Positions 8,594 to 16,960 of a stretch of DNA of 64,000 bases are shown here, piece after piece. The number at the start of each line of letters is the position of its first letter. Positions within the stretch are counted from its first letter, which is position 1. Under the pieces are notes generated by a model. That model did no database searches, was not told the DNA's origin, and worked only from the letters and a program-made list of their open reading frames with translations. Source of the DNA: Euzebyales bacterium (GTDB lineage Bacteria > Actinomycetota > Nitriliruptoria > Euzebyales > JAHELV01); assembly GCA_036374135.1 (NCBI GenBank), contig DASUUK010000094.1, forward strand, positions 156 through 64,155, given 5' to 3'. A program made the translations under genes and the position numbers.

Positions 8594-8992
8594 ATGACGG
8601 GCCTGGATGCGCGCCGGCGCCGCGAACTGCGGCATGCGCTGGTGCAACGGCACCCCTGGATCGACGACGTCGAGGTCGGGCCGCGAGCGGTCGAGGCCGG
8701 CGAGTGTGACCGGTGCGGCGCAGAGGCCCGCCTGGTCACCACCTGCGGGCCGATCCGCTGGGCCGAGCTGGGTCGACGCTGCGCCGCGGAGGTCGGCACC
8801 GATGCGTGGTGCGATGGGCACGCCGGTGAGGCCGCGGACCTCCTGCGACGTCTGCGCGATCTGCCGGACGAGGCCGACACCGTGGCCCGGCTGTGGTGGG
8901 TGGCGACCGGCGAGGTGCGCCTGGACGCCGCGGCGGTGACCCCCATGGTCGCCGCCGCGCTGCCGTCGCGCGCTGGTCTTGACCCACCCTGA
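8594..8992 (+). CDS. Hypothetical Cys-containing protein (possibly 3'-disrupted)
   Basis: 132 aa with high GC3 and a balanced composition (CDRCG...C...C...WCDGH). No family recognised. Protein-like sequence continues in two other frames downstream (see finding). Confidence 0.45.
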   Translation: MTGLDARRRRELRHALVQRHPWIDDVEVGPRAVEAGECDRCGAEARLVTTCGPIRWAELGRRCAAEVGTDAWCDGHAGEAADLLRRLRDLPDEADTVARLWWVATGEVRLDAAAVTPMVAAALPSRAGLDPP

Positions 8993-9220
8993 CCTTGACC
9001 CCGGGCCGCCCGCGATCTGGCCGGACGACCTCGATGGGTGGGCGAACGCCTCACGCGCACCGATGCCGTCTCGCTGCTCGGCGTGCTGGTCGGCGCCGAC
9101 GTGGGCATGGCGGTCGGCGCGCCGCATCACGACGACCCTGGACGAGACGGATGCCGCCGCCGCGCGACCACCTCACGGAGCACGAGCGGGCGCCACCGCC
9201 CGGCAGCTAGCATCGGCGCG

Positions 9221-9811
9221 GTGACCGTGACCAGCAGCACCGAGCCCACCGCGCCGCTGTCGGTCTGCGTCTACTGCTCGTCGAGCGACGACGTCTCGCA
9301 CGACCTGCGCGCCCTGGCCGAGGCGGTCGGCACAGGGCTTGCGCGCCGGGGTTGGGCCATGGTGTACGGCGGCGGAGCGGTCGGGCTGATGGGTGTCACC
9401 GCCCGCGCGGCGCTCGCCGGCGGTGCGCGCGTGACGGGTGTCATCCCCGACAAGCTCGTCGATCGCGAGGTTGCGCTGCACGACATATCCGAGCTCATTC
9501 GCACCCGCACGATGCGCGAGCGCAAGCAACTCATGGACGACCGCAGCGACGCCTTCCTGATCCTGCCCGGCGGCATCGGCACGCTCGAGGAGCTGATCGA
9601 GATGATGTCCCTGCGCCAGCTCGGGTACCACGACCGGCCGATTGTCGTGCTGGACGCCGACGGCTTCTGGGCGCCGCTGCGACGCCTGCTGCAGGCCATG
9701 GACGACCGCAGGATGCTGCACCAGCCGATGCACCGGCTGTGGACGTACGCCCACGACGTCGACGCCGCGCTCGACGCGTTGGGCAACGGCAGCGGACGAC
9801 GGAGTCGATGA
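9221..9811 (+). CDS. LOG family protein (cytokinin riboside 5'-monophosphate phosphoribohydrolase-like, TIGR00730 type)
   Basis: In-frame GTG at 9221 of ORF 9038..9811. VCVYCSSS, GWAMVYGGGAVGLMG, PGGIGTLEELIEM (PGGxGTxxE motif). The upstream part of the ORF is Arg-rich. Confidence 0.9.
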   Translation: MTVTSSTEPTAPLSVCVYCSSSDDVSHDLRALAEAVGTGLARRGWAMVYGGGAVGLMGVTARAALAGGARVTGVIPDKLVDREVALHDISELIRTRTMRERKQLMDDRSDAFLILPGGIGTLEELIEMMSLRQLGYHDRPIVVLDADGFWAPLRRLLQAMDDRRMLHQPMHRLWTYAHDVDAALDALGNGSGRRSR

Positions 9812-10515
9812 TGATCGTGACGGTGCTCCAGCACGGCCCATGGGGCGGGCCGGGTGTCATCGGTGATCAGCTGCGCGTACGTGGTGTGGAGCTCGACATC
9901 CGCCATGTGTACGCCGACGACCCGGTGCCCGACGAGCCGCCGGAGGCCCTGCTCGTCATGGGCGGCCAGATGTGCACCGACGAGGAGGGCGCGCACCCCT
10001 TCCTGCGGCACGAGTCCGACCTGCTCGCCAAGTGCGTCGCGGCCGACAGCCCGACCCTGGGCATCTGCCTCGGCGCACAGCTGCTGGCGGAGGTGACCGG
10101 CGGGACGGTGCGTCACGACACCCCTGAGATCGGCTTCGCCGAGGTCCGCCTGACCGACGCCGGACGCGACGATCCGCTGCTCGACGGGTTCGCCGACGGC
10201 ACGCCGACGTTCAACGCACACCGCGACTTCATCACCGCCGGTCCTGGCGCGGTCGTCCTGGCACGCAGCGATCGGGCGCCCGTCCACGCGTTGCGCGCCG
10301 GCGGCCGCGTGTACGGCGTCCAGTTCCATCCCGAGATGGATGCCGACCGGGTCGCGCGCTATGCGAACGCCAGCCAGCCGGGCGCGTACCTGCGTCGCCA
10401 TGGCTGGGAGCCGGCGGACCTGATCGCCCTGGCCGAGCAGCACCACGATGCGCACGCGCGCATGGGCCGCGAGCTGGCCGACCGCTGGCTGGACAGGATC
10501 GTCGCGCCCGTCTGA
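9808..10515 (+). CDS. Class I glutamine amidotransferase (GMP synthase-like GATase domain protein)
   Basis: ATG 9808 overlaps the LOG stop (ATGA). MMIVTVLQHGPWGGPG..., nucleophile GICLGAQLLA, and VQFHPE His/Glu dyad. Confidence 0.85.
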   Translation: MMIVTVLQHGPWGGPGVIGDQLRVRGVELDIRHVYADDPVPDEPPEALLVMGGQMCTDEEGAHPFLRHESDLLAKCVAADSPTLGICLGAQLLAEVTGGTVRHDTPEIGFAEVRLTDAGRDDPLLDGFADGTPTFNAHRDFITAGPGAVVLARSDRAPVHALRAGGRVYGVQFHPEMDADRVARYANASQPGAYLRRHGWEPADLIALAEQHHDAHARMGRELADRWLDRIVAPV

Positions 10516-10703
10516 CGACCCTCTGCCGGCGCGGCGCGCCGCCGTCCACACGTTGGCGCGGGTGTGCGCCCGGCGTGCGCTACGGTGCGAGTTCACTCCG
10601 GAAGTGCTAGCGTGCGCGGTTGCACTGTCCGCCTGCTCCCGCAGGTCGCCACAGCCGACCGCACCCCGGGGGCCGCCAGACCACAGGATCGGACGATAAC
10701 GCC

Positions 10704-11006
10704 TTGCGCACCTATGAACTGATGATCATCAGCCACGGCACGCTGTCGGAGGACGCGGCCACCAGCAACGTGGAACGCTTCACCGACCTGATCGGCCAGC
10801 TCGGCGGCAGCGTCGACCGCGTCGACCACTGGGGCAAGCGCGAGTTCGCCTACGAGATCGACCACCAGCGCGAAGGCTGGTACACGGTCGTCGATCTGCA
10901 GCTCGAGGGCGAACAGCTTCCCGAGCTCGAGCGGCAGCTGCGGCTGACCGACGCCGTCGTGCGTCACAAAGTGGTCCAGCCCGCCGCACGGGTCCGGCAC
11001 CTCTAG
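10704..11006 (+). CDS. rpsF: 30S ribosomal protein S6
   Basis: TTG at 10704 gives (M)RTYELMIISHGTLSED...HWGKREFAYEI..REGWY, the canonical S6 sequence. Followed by ssb-rpsR-rplI. Confidence 0.93.
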   Translation: MRTYELMIISHGTLSEDAATSNVERFTDLIGQLGGSVDRVDHWGKREFAYEIDHQREGWYTVVDLQLEGEQLPELERQLRLTDAVVRHKVVQPAARVRHL

Positions 11007-11102
11007 CACCGCCGGAGCCCGCGTCCGGCGACGAGCTCGTCGTCGATCGCGTGCGCCCACGCCGGTCGTGGGCGGCGGCTCCAGCGAAGAAAGGACCAGC
11101 CA

Positions 11103-11555
11103 GTGGCAACCGACAACGTCATCACCATCACCGGCAACCTCGCCGACGACCCCGAGCTGCGCTTCACGCCCAACGGCGTAGCCGTCACCAGCGTGCGCGT
11201 CGCTGTCAACCAGCGCCGCTACAACCGCGAGACCAACTCGTGGGACGAGCGTCTGGACGGGTTCTTCACCTGCAACGTCTGGCGTGACCAGGCCGAGAAC
11301 GTCGCGAGCTCGCTGACCAAGGGCGCCCGCGTCGTGGTCACCGGTCGCCTGCGCAGCCGGTCGTACGAGGACCGCGAGGGCCAGACCCGCTGGGTCACCG
11401 AGATCGAGGCGGACGAGATCTGCCCGAGCCTGCGGTGGGCGACCGCCAAGGTCGAGCGCAACCCCCGTGGTGGCAGCGGTGGCGGCGGCCAGGACACGTC
11501 ATGGGGAGCGCCCGCTCCCACAAGTGCCCCCGAACCTGAGGATGTGCCGTTCTAG
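11103..11555 (+). CDS. ssb: Single-stranded DNA-binding protein
   Basis: 150 aa. OB-fold N-terminus NVITITGNLADDPELRFTPNGVAV, a Gly-rich linker, and an acidic tip EPEDVPF. GTG start with GAAAGGA upstream. Confidence 0.95.
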   Translation: MATDNVITITGNLADDPELRFTPNGVAVTSVRVAVNQRRYNRETNSWDERLDGFFTCNVWRDQAENVASSLTKGARVVVTGRLRSRSYEDREGQTRWVTEIEADEICPSLRWATAKVERNPRGGSGGGGQDTSWGAPAPTSAPEPEDVPF

Positions 11556-11792
11556 ATGCCGAGAAACCGCGGACCGTCGGGTCCTCCCAAGCGCAAAGAG
11601 TGCTACTTCACCAAGAACAAGATCACCTACATCGACTACAAGGACGTCGAGCTGCTCCAGCGGTTCCTGAGCGAGCGCGGCAAGATCCGGTCGGCGAGGG
11701 TGACGGGTACGCGGCCGCAGTATCAGCGGATGCTGGCCCAGGCGATCAAGAACGCTCGCGAGATGGCGCTGCTGCCATACACGACCCGATGA
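11556..11792 (+). CDS. rpsR: 30S ribosomal protein S18
   Basis: 78 aa. [32 protein letters not shown] is the canonical S18 sequence. Starts directly after the ssb stop. Confidence 0.97.
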   Translation: MPRNRGPSGPPKRKECYFTKNKITYIDYKDVELLQRFLSERGKIRSARVTGTRPQYQRMLAQAIKNAREMALLPYTTR

Positions 11793-12235
11793 AGCTCATC
11801 CTGAAGCGCGACGTCGCGAACCTCGGTGAGGCCGGGGACGTCGTCGACGTCGCCGACGGCTACGGCAACAACTACCTGATGCCGCGTGGCCTGGCGATGC
11901 GCGCAACCAAGGGCGCGATGGCGGACGCCGAGGCGATCACGCGCGCCCGCCGCAAGCGCGAGGCACGCAACGTCGCCGAGGCACAGTCGCAGCGGGCGGA
12001 GCTCGAGCGCCGCCCTGTCACCGTGCGGGCGAACGCGGGCGAGGACGGCACGCTGTACGGCTCGATCGGGACCACCGCGATCGCGCGGGCCGTCTCCGAG
12101 CAGCTCGGCGTCGCCATCGATCGGCGCAAGATCTCGCTCGACCGACCGCTCAAGGAACTCGGCGAGCATCAGGTTCCGGTGCGGGTCCACCGAGACGTCA
12201 CCGCCCAGGTGCGCGTCGTCGTCGCCCAGAGCTGA
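11789..12235 (+). CDS. rplI: 50S ribosomal protein L9
   Basis: ATG 11789 overlaps the rpsR stop (ATGA). [36 protein letters not shown] is the canonical L9 N-terminus. Confidence 0.95.
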   Translation: MKLILKRDVANLGEAGDVVDVADGYGNNYLMPRGLAMRATKGAMADAEAITRARRKREARNVAEAQSQRAELERRPVTVRANAGEDGTLYGSIGTTAIARAVSEQLGVAIDRRKISLDRPLKELGEHQVPVRVHRDVTAQVRVVVAQS

Positions 12236-12248
12236 ACGCCGCCCGACG

Positions 12249-12279
12249 CGTCGGCCGGTCGACCATCGACCGGCCGACG
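12249..12279 (+). terminator. Perfect 14-bp stem / 3-nt loop hairpin between rplI and dnaB
   Basis: CGTCGGCCGGTCGA-cca-TCGACCGGCCGACG, all Watson-Crick pairs. It lies 14 nt after the rplI stop and is followed by TT. No long U-tract, which is common in high-GC genomes. Confidence 0.55.
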
Positions 12280-12356
12280 TTCGCGTGCCCAGGAGCACGG
12301 CGGAAGAGCCCGAAGCGAATGTGTGTTCGACGCGTGACATGCGTTAGGGTGACCGG

Positions 12357-13733
12357 GTGACCGCCGACCTCCAGCTCCCGGGCCCGCCGTCGCACGCCGG
12401 TTACGACCGCGTGCCACCCCACAACCTCGAAGCCGAGATCAGCGTCCTGGGCAGCATGCTGCTGTCCAAGAACGCGATCGCCGAGATCGTGGAGTTCGTG
12501 GGGCCTGAGGAGTTCTACCGGGGCGCTCACCGCACGATGTACGAGGCGATCCGCGATCTGTACGACCGCGGTGAGCCGGTGGACACGGTGACGCTGGCCG
12601 ACGAGCTCGAGCGCCGCGGGAACCTCGACAGCGTCGGCGGCCTGGTGGCCATCACCGATCTGATCTCCCAGGTACCGACGGCTGCCAACGCCGGCTACTA
12701 CGCGCGGATCGTGGCGGAGCACGCACTCCGTCGTCGGCTGATCGACGCGGGCACCGACATCACCCGGCTCGGCTACGACGCGGGCACCGAGGCCGACGCC
12801 GCCGTCGATCACGCCGAGGCGACCGTGTTCGCCGTCGCGCAACGCAGCTACGGGCGCGAGCTGTCGCCCATGAAGGATCTGCTGTCGCAGGCGTTCGAGC
12901 TGATCGAGAAGCGGTCAGAGACGCGTCAGGCCGTGACCGGTCTGCCGACCGGCTTCGCCGACCTGGACGAGCTGACGAGCGGTCTGCAGCCGGCGAACCT
13001 GATGATCCTGGCGGCGCGACCGGGCCTGGGCAAGTCGACGCTGGTGACCAACATCGCCACACACGTCGCGGTCGAGCTGCGCAGGCCCGTGGTGATGTTC
13101 TCGCTCGAGATGTCGCAGATGGAGCTGCTCGAGCGGGTGCTCGCGGCGCAGGCACGGGTCGACAGCAACCGCATCAAGACGGGCCGGTTGCGGGAGGACG
13201 ACTGGCCGAAGCTGTCGCAGGCCATGGGTCGCCTGCACGAGGCGAACTTCTACATCGACGACACGGCAGGCATCAACCTGATGGAGATCCGCTCCAAGTG
13301 TCGACGCCTCAAGCAACGCCACGGCCTGGACCTGATCGTCATCGACTACCTCCAGCTCATGCAGTCCCACCGCACGGTCGAGAACCGCGTGCAGGAGGTC
13401 AGCGAGATCAGCCGTGGCCTGAAGGTGCTGGCGAAGGAGCTGGACACACCGGTGATCGCGCTGTCACAGCTGTCGCGCAAGCCCGAGGACCGCGGCGACA
13501 AGAAGCCGCAGCTGTCGGACCTGCGTGAGTCCGGCAGCATCGAGCAGGACGCCGACATCGTGGCGTTCATCTACCGCGACGACGTGTACGACCCCGACGC
13601 GGTCAACAAGGGGCAGGCGCAGCTGATCGTCGCCAAGCACCGCAATGGACCGCTGGCGTCCATAGGGCTGGCGTTCATCGGCAACCAGGCGCGGTTCGGC
13701 ACCCTGGCACGCGGCGCGTCCGCCGCGCTGTAG
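12357..13733 (+). CDS. dnaB: Replicative DNA helicase DnaB
   Basis: 458 aa. PPHNLEAEISVLGSMLL N-terminal domain, Walker A ARPGLGKST, LIVIDYLQLM, SRGLK.LAKEL..PVIALSQLSR, ESGSIEQDAD. Uninterrupted (no intein). Confidence 0.97.
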   Translation: MTADLQLPGPPSHAGYDRVPPHNLEAEISVLGSMLLSKNAIAEIVEFVGPEEFYRGAHRTMYEAIRDLYDRGEPVDTVTLADELERRGNLDSVGGLVAITDLISQVPTAANAGYYARIVAEHALRRRLIDAGTDITRLGYDAGTEADAAVDHAEATVFAVAQRSYGRELSPMKDLLSQAFELIEKRSETRQAVTGLPTGFADLDELTSGLQPANLMILAARPGLGKSTLVTNIATHVAVELRRPVVMFSLEMSQMELLERVLAAQARVDSNRIKTGRLREDDWPKLSQAMGRLHEANFYIDDTAGINLMEIRSKCRRLKQRHGLDLIVIDYLQLMQSHRTVENRVQEVSEISRGLKVLAKELDTPVIALSQLSRKPEDRGDKKPQLSDLRESGSIEQDADIVAFIYRDDVYDPDAVNKGQAQLIVAKHRNGPLASIGLAFIGNQARFGTLARGASAAL

Positions 13734-13737
13734 CCGC

Positions 13738-13759
13738 CCGCCGCGGCCGGTCGCGGCGG
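13738..13759. terminator. GC hairpin between convergent dnaB and iclR-like genes
   Basis: CCGCCGCG-gccggt-CGCGGCGG (8-bp stem, 6-nt loop) 5 nt after the dnaB stop. Could act bidirectionally. No U-tract. Confidence 0.4.
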
Positions 13760-13830
13760 CGAGATCGTACCGGGGCGTCGGGTCGCCCGGACCACCGACC
13801 GCCGGTGCCGCTGATCCCACGTCGTGACGC

Positions 13831-14664
13831 TCAGCGCGCCGCGGATCCGGCCGGCTGCGCCACCGGCGGGTCGGATCCGGTGCCGTCGTCGGTGGCCATG
13901 AAGCCGAGCCGCCGCGAGATCTGCTGGGCGGCGTCCACCGCGAGACGGCCGACGTCGGGCAGCCGTTGCGGTGTGAGGCGGAACTTCGGTCCCGACACGC
14001 ACACCGTGGCGAGCACGGCGCCGTCGGCGCCGTGGATCGGCGCGGCGACGGCGTTCAGGCCGAGCTCCAGTTCCTCATCGGTCGCGCTCCACCCCTGAGC
14101 CCGGATCCCGGCCAACTGCTCACGCAGCACATCCGGGTCGGTGATGGTGTTGGGCGTCATCGGCGCGAGGTTGCCGCCGAGGATCTCGTCGCGAACCCGC
14201 TCGGGAAGGTGCGCCAGGAACACCTTGCCGGTCGAGGTCGAATGCAGGCCGGTGCGCCGGCCCAACCAGTCGACGCTGACGACCGATGACGAGAGGTTGA
14301 CCTGGTCGATGTTGACGACCTCTCCGCCCTCCAGCACCGCGATGTTGACGGTCTCGCCGGTCTGCTCGCTCAACCACTCGCACACGGGCCTGGCGGACCG
14401 GGTCAGGTCGAGGCCCGCGCGCACCGCACTGGCCAGGCGGACCAACGCGAACCCCAGCCGGTACTTCTGGGTCTCGACGTGCTGCTCGACGATGCCGCGC
14501 TGCTCCAACGTCGCCAGCAGGCGGAATGCCGTCGACTTGTGGATGCCGAGCTCGCGGGCCAGGGTCGTGACGCCCATCCAGCCCTCGCGCTCCAGGATCT
14601 CCAGGATCGTCAGCGCTCGATCCACCGACTGGACAGCAGGACGCGCTTCACCCGCGTTGCTCAT
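13831..14664 (-). CDS. IclR family transcriptional regulator
   Basis: Inner ATG (14662-14664) of ORF 13831..14745. VQSVDRALTILEILEREGWMGVTTLARELGIHKSTAFRLLATLE HTH plus an IclR effector domain (GLNAVAAPI...). Divergent from the Rieske oxygenase gene. Confidence 0.9.
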   Translation of the reverse strand: MSNAGEARPAVQSVDRALTILEILEREGWMGVTTLARELGIHKSTAFRLLATLEQRGIVEQHVETQKYRLGFALVRLASAVRAGLDLTRSARPVCEWLSEQTGETVNIAVLEGGEVVNIDQVNLSSSVVSVDWLGRRTGLHSTSTGKVFLAHLPERVRDEILGGNLAPMTPNTITDPDVLREQLAGIRAQGWSATDEELELGLNAVAAPIHGADGAVLATVCVSGPKFRLTPQRLPDVGRLAVDAAQQISRRLGFMATDDGTGSDPPVAQPAGSAAR

Positions 14665-14682
14665 GGAGCAACGATGACCGCA

Positions 14683-14701
14683 CATTGCGGAGAATGCAAT
14701 G
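14683..14701. promoter_or_regulatory. Short inverted repeat in the iclR / Rieske-oxygenase divergent promoter region (candidate operator)
   Basis: CATTGC-N7-GCAATG lies in the unusually AT-richer 187-bp intergenic region 14665-14851. Arms are only 6 bp, so support is weak. Confidence 0.25.
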
Positions 14702-14851
14702 CGTATGGAGAAACAACGCAAGAAAGATCGCCAAGGCTGCCGCATCGCGGCAAACAGGCAACCTCAGCATGCCACCCGCACGACCACATTGCCGACACCC
14801 CTTCTCGTGCGCGACCTGCGGCCGTAGCCTTGCGGCAGGTTCGACCTGGAG

Positions 14852-16168
14852 GTGACCATGCTCGCACCCCGTCACACGCCGGACGACTACCTGCGCGGGG
14901 AGACGTACGCGCCGACCCGGGCTCCGGTCGAGTACGCAAGCACCCTGCTGCCCGACGCGTACCGGTCCGAACAGTTCTTCGCGGTCGAGCAGCAGCAGGT
15001 GTTCTCGCGCGGGTGGTTCGCCGCCGCGCACACGACCGACGTGGCCGTTCCCGGCGCCGTTCGGACGGTCTCGATCGCCGGCCGGTCGATCATCCTGACG
15101 CGCGATCGGGACGGCGTGCTGCGCGCGTTCCACAACGTGTGCCGGCACCGCGCGGCGCAGCTCGTGACGGAGGAGTCGTGTCAGCTCAAGCGGTTCCGCT
15201 GCCCGTACCACAGCTGGGCCTACGCGCTCGACGGGCGGTTGCTCGGCGCGCCGCTGTTCGAGGGCTCGGGCATACCGGTCGACCAGCAGCCGATCTTCGA
15301 CACCGGTCGTCTGCCGGCGTTCGACATGGCCGACTACGGCCTGCTGCCCGTCAGCGTCGGGGCGTGGGCGAACCTGGTGTTCGTCAGCCTCGAACCCGAT
15401 CCGATGCCGCTCGATGCCTGGCTGGGGGACCTGCCCGACCGCCTCGCCGGCTACCGACTCGACGAGATGACGGTCGTCGCGGAGCAGACGTACGACGTCG
15501 CGGCCAACTGGAAGCTGGTGGCAGAGAACTTCATGGAGTACTACCACCTGCCGTGGGTCCACCCCGAACTGGTCAAGGTGTCGCGCATCGAGGACCATCA
15601 CCGCTTCCAGGGGCCCGGCCTGTACACCGGCATGTCGACGTCTCCGATCAACCGCGACACCGCGTCGGGCTGGACCGCGTTGACCGACGCGCCGACGCTC
15701 CGTGCTGACGACGCGGTCAGCGGGCGCTTCATCTGGATCCTGCCCAACGTCGCGCTGTCGGTCCTGCCCAACCACGTGTTCACGGTGCTGGCGACGCCGA
15801 TGTCGCACGACCGCACGCTCGAGCGCACCACGATCGGCCTCCCGCCGCACACGGCTGACGATCCGCAGATCGCACCGGCCCTCGACGAGTTGGCGACGTT
15901 CTGGGATCACGTCAACAGTGAGGACATCGCGATCGTCGAACGCGTGCAGCGTGGCATCGCCAATCCCGCGTACACCGGTGGACGGATGTGCTACCGCTTC
16001 GAGGAGCCGCTGCACCGCTTCCAGAACATGGTGATCGACCGGATGGTGGGTGTGGACCGGATCCCTGACGGCGACGGCGACGATCCGATGTTCGTCGACG
16101 TCGCCGCCGATCGGTTGTCGGCGGAGACGATGATCGAAGCGGCCGACGCCGCCGACGGGCGCACGTGA
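14852..16168 (+). CDS. Rieske [2Fe-2S] aromatic-ring-hydroxylating-type oxygenase alpha subunit (GbcA/choline monooxygenase-like)
   Basis: 438 aa. Rieske motif CRHR-x16-CPYHSW (CxH-x17-CxxH) and mononuclear Fe motif NFMEYYHLPWVHPE (H-x4-H). GTG 14852 or ATG 14858 start. Confidence 0.9.
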   Translation: MTMLAPRHTPDDYLRGETYAPTRAPVEYASTLLPDAYRSEQFFAVEQQQVFSRGWFAAAHTTDVAVPGAVRTVSIAGRSIILTRDRDGVLRAFHNVCRHRAAQLVTEESCQLKRFRCPYHSWAYALDGRLLGAPLFEGSGIPVDQQPIFDTGRLPAFDMADYGLLPVSVGAWANLVFVSLEPDPMPLDAWLGDLPDRLAGYRLDEMTVVAEQTYDVAANWKLVAENFMEYYHLPWVHPELVKVSRIEDHHRFQGPGLYTGMSTSPINRDTASGWTALTDAPTLRADDAVSGRFIWILPNVALSVLPNHVFTVLATPMSHDRTLERTTIGLPPHTADDPQIAPALDELATFWDHVNSEDIAIVERVQRGIANPAYTGGRMCYRFEEPLHRFQNMVIDRMVGVDRIPDGDGDDPMFVDVAADRLSAETMIEAADAADGRT

Positions 16169-16178
16169 GCGCTGCCCG

Positions 16179-16385
16179 CTACACCCGGTCGAGCGCGTCG
16201 TCGAGGGCCGACAGCAGGTCCGCGGCGTCCTCCATGCCCGTCGAGTCGGTGTCGACCAGCGCCACGTCGACATCCCAGGCCGACAGGAACCCGGTGAACA
16301 GCTTGCTCGTGCCGCCGTAGGTGTCGGTCACCGACACGACGCGGCGGCGCGGAGCCAGCAGGGCGTGCAGGGGTTGCCCCGCCAC
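16179..16385 (-). pseudogene. Fragment of a Cys/Met-metabolism PLP enzyme (cystathionine gamma-synthase/lyase family)
   Basis: The 68-aa ORF holds LLAPRRRVVSVTDTYGGTSKLFTGFLSAWDVDVALVDT. This matches the conserved '..GD.VV......YGGT..LF.......G..V..VD' block of that ~390-aa family. No N- or C-terminal remainder is present. Confidence 0.5.
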
Positions 16386-16584
16386 GGGCGCGGGCCTCGC
16401 CGCCCCACCCGGCGGTCGCGCCCGTCCCGGGTTCGCGCGGCGAGCGATCTGTCACGGTCGTTCTCTGTCGTCGGCGGTGCTCGCGCCGAATCGTATGTGG
16501 TGCATCCGGGCGGGGGTCCCGGGTCGTATCACCGGGTACGGCAGCGTCCGGACCACGGACACCAAGACAGACAAGGAGCATCGA

Positions 16585-16809
16585 ATGCGCAAGCGCCTCA
16601 TCGTCCTCGCCGCCACGATCGCGATGGCCCTCGCGGTGCCGGGCACGGCGATGGCCGGCTACGGCAAGACCATCAACGACGGTTGCGGGGCCAGCTACGG
16701 ACAGCTGGTGTCGCAGGCCCGGGCGATCGGCCACGTCACCGGCGCCGTCAGCGGCGCGAAGAACTTCGTCGAGAGCGGCCTGGCCGCGGCCCACGGCTGC
16801 GACGTCTGA
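16585..16809 (+). CDS. Small secreted two-Cys protein (74 aa precursor, about 50 aa mature)
   Basis: Inner ATG of ORF 16321..16809 with AAGGAG 7 nt upstream. Signal peptide MRKRLIVLAATIAMALAVPGTAMA|GYGK. The mature part has Cys near each end (DGCGASYG...AAHGCDV). No family recognised. Confidence 0.6.
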   Translation: MRKRLIVLAATIAMALAVPGTAMAGYGKTINDGCGASYGQLVSQARAIGHVTGAVSGAKNFVESGLAAAHGCDV

Positions 16810-16834
16810 CGCGACGCACCGCACACGATCCGAT

Positions 16835-16856
16835 GAGGCCCGCCCCGGCGGGTCTC
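16835..16856 (+). terminator. Hairpin after the small secreted protein gene
   Basis: GAGGCCCGC-cccg-GCGGGTCTC (9-bp stem with one G-U pair) 26 nt after the stop. No U-tract. Confidence 0.4.
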
Positions 16857-16960
16857 GTCGCATGTGGGAGGCGACCCGCCCACGCGTGCCAGCGGATTGA
16901 TCTCTGCGGCACGACCCCGTAACGTCCGCCGCACGATCCGTCGACGAGGAGTCTCCGGCC

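Noticed and set aside
9038-9220. The N-terminal 61-codon extension of the LOG ORF given in the track.
   Set aside because: LOG-family similarity begins near LSVCVYCSSS. The extension is Arg/Gly-rich (…RRRATTSRSTSGRHRP…) and an in-frame GTG at 9221 gives a normal-length protein.
12357-13733. An intein in dnaB (common in some Actinobacteria).
   Set aside because: The 458-aa product is contiguous, with all helicase motifs at normal spacing and no extra ~140-400 aa insertion.
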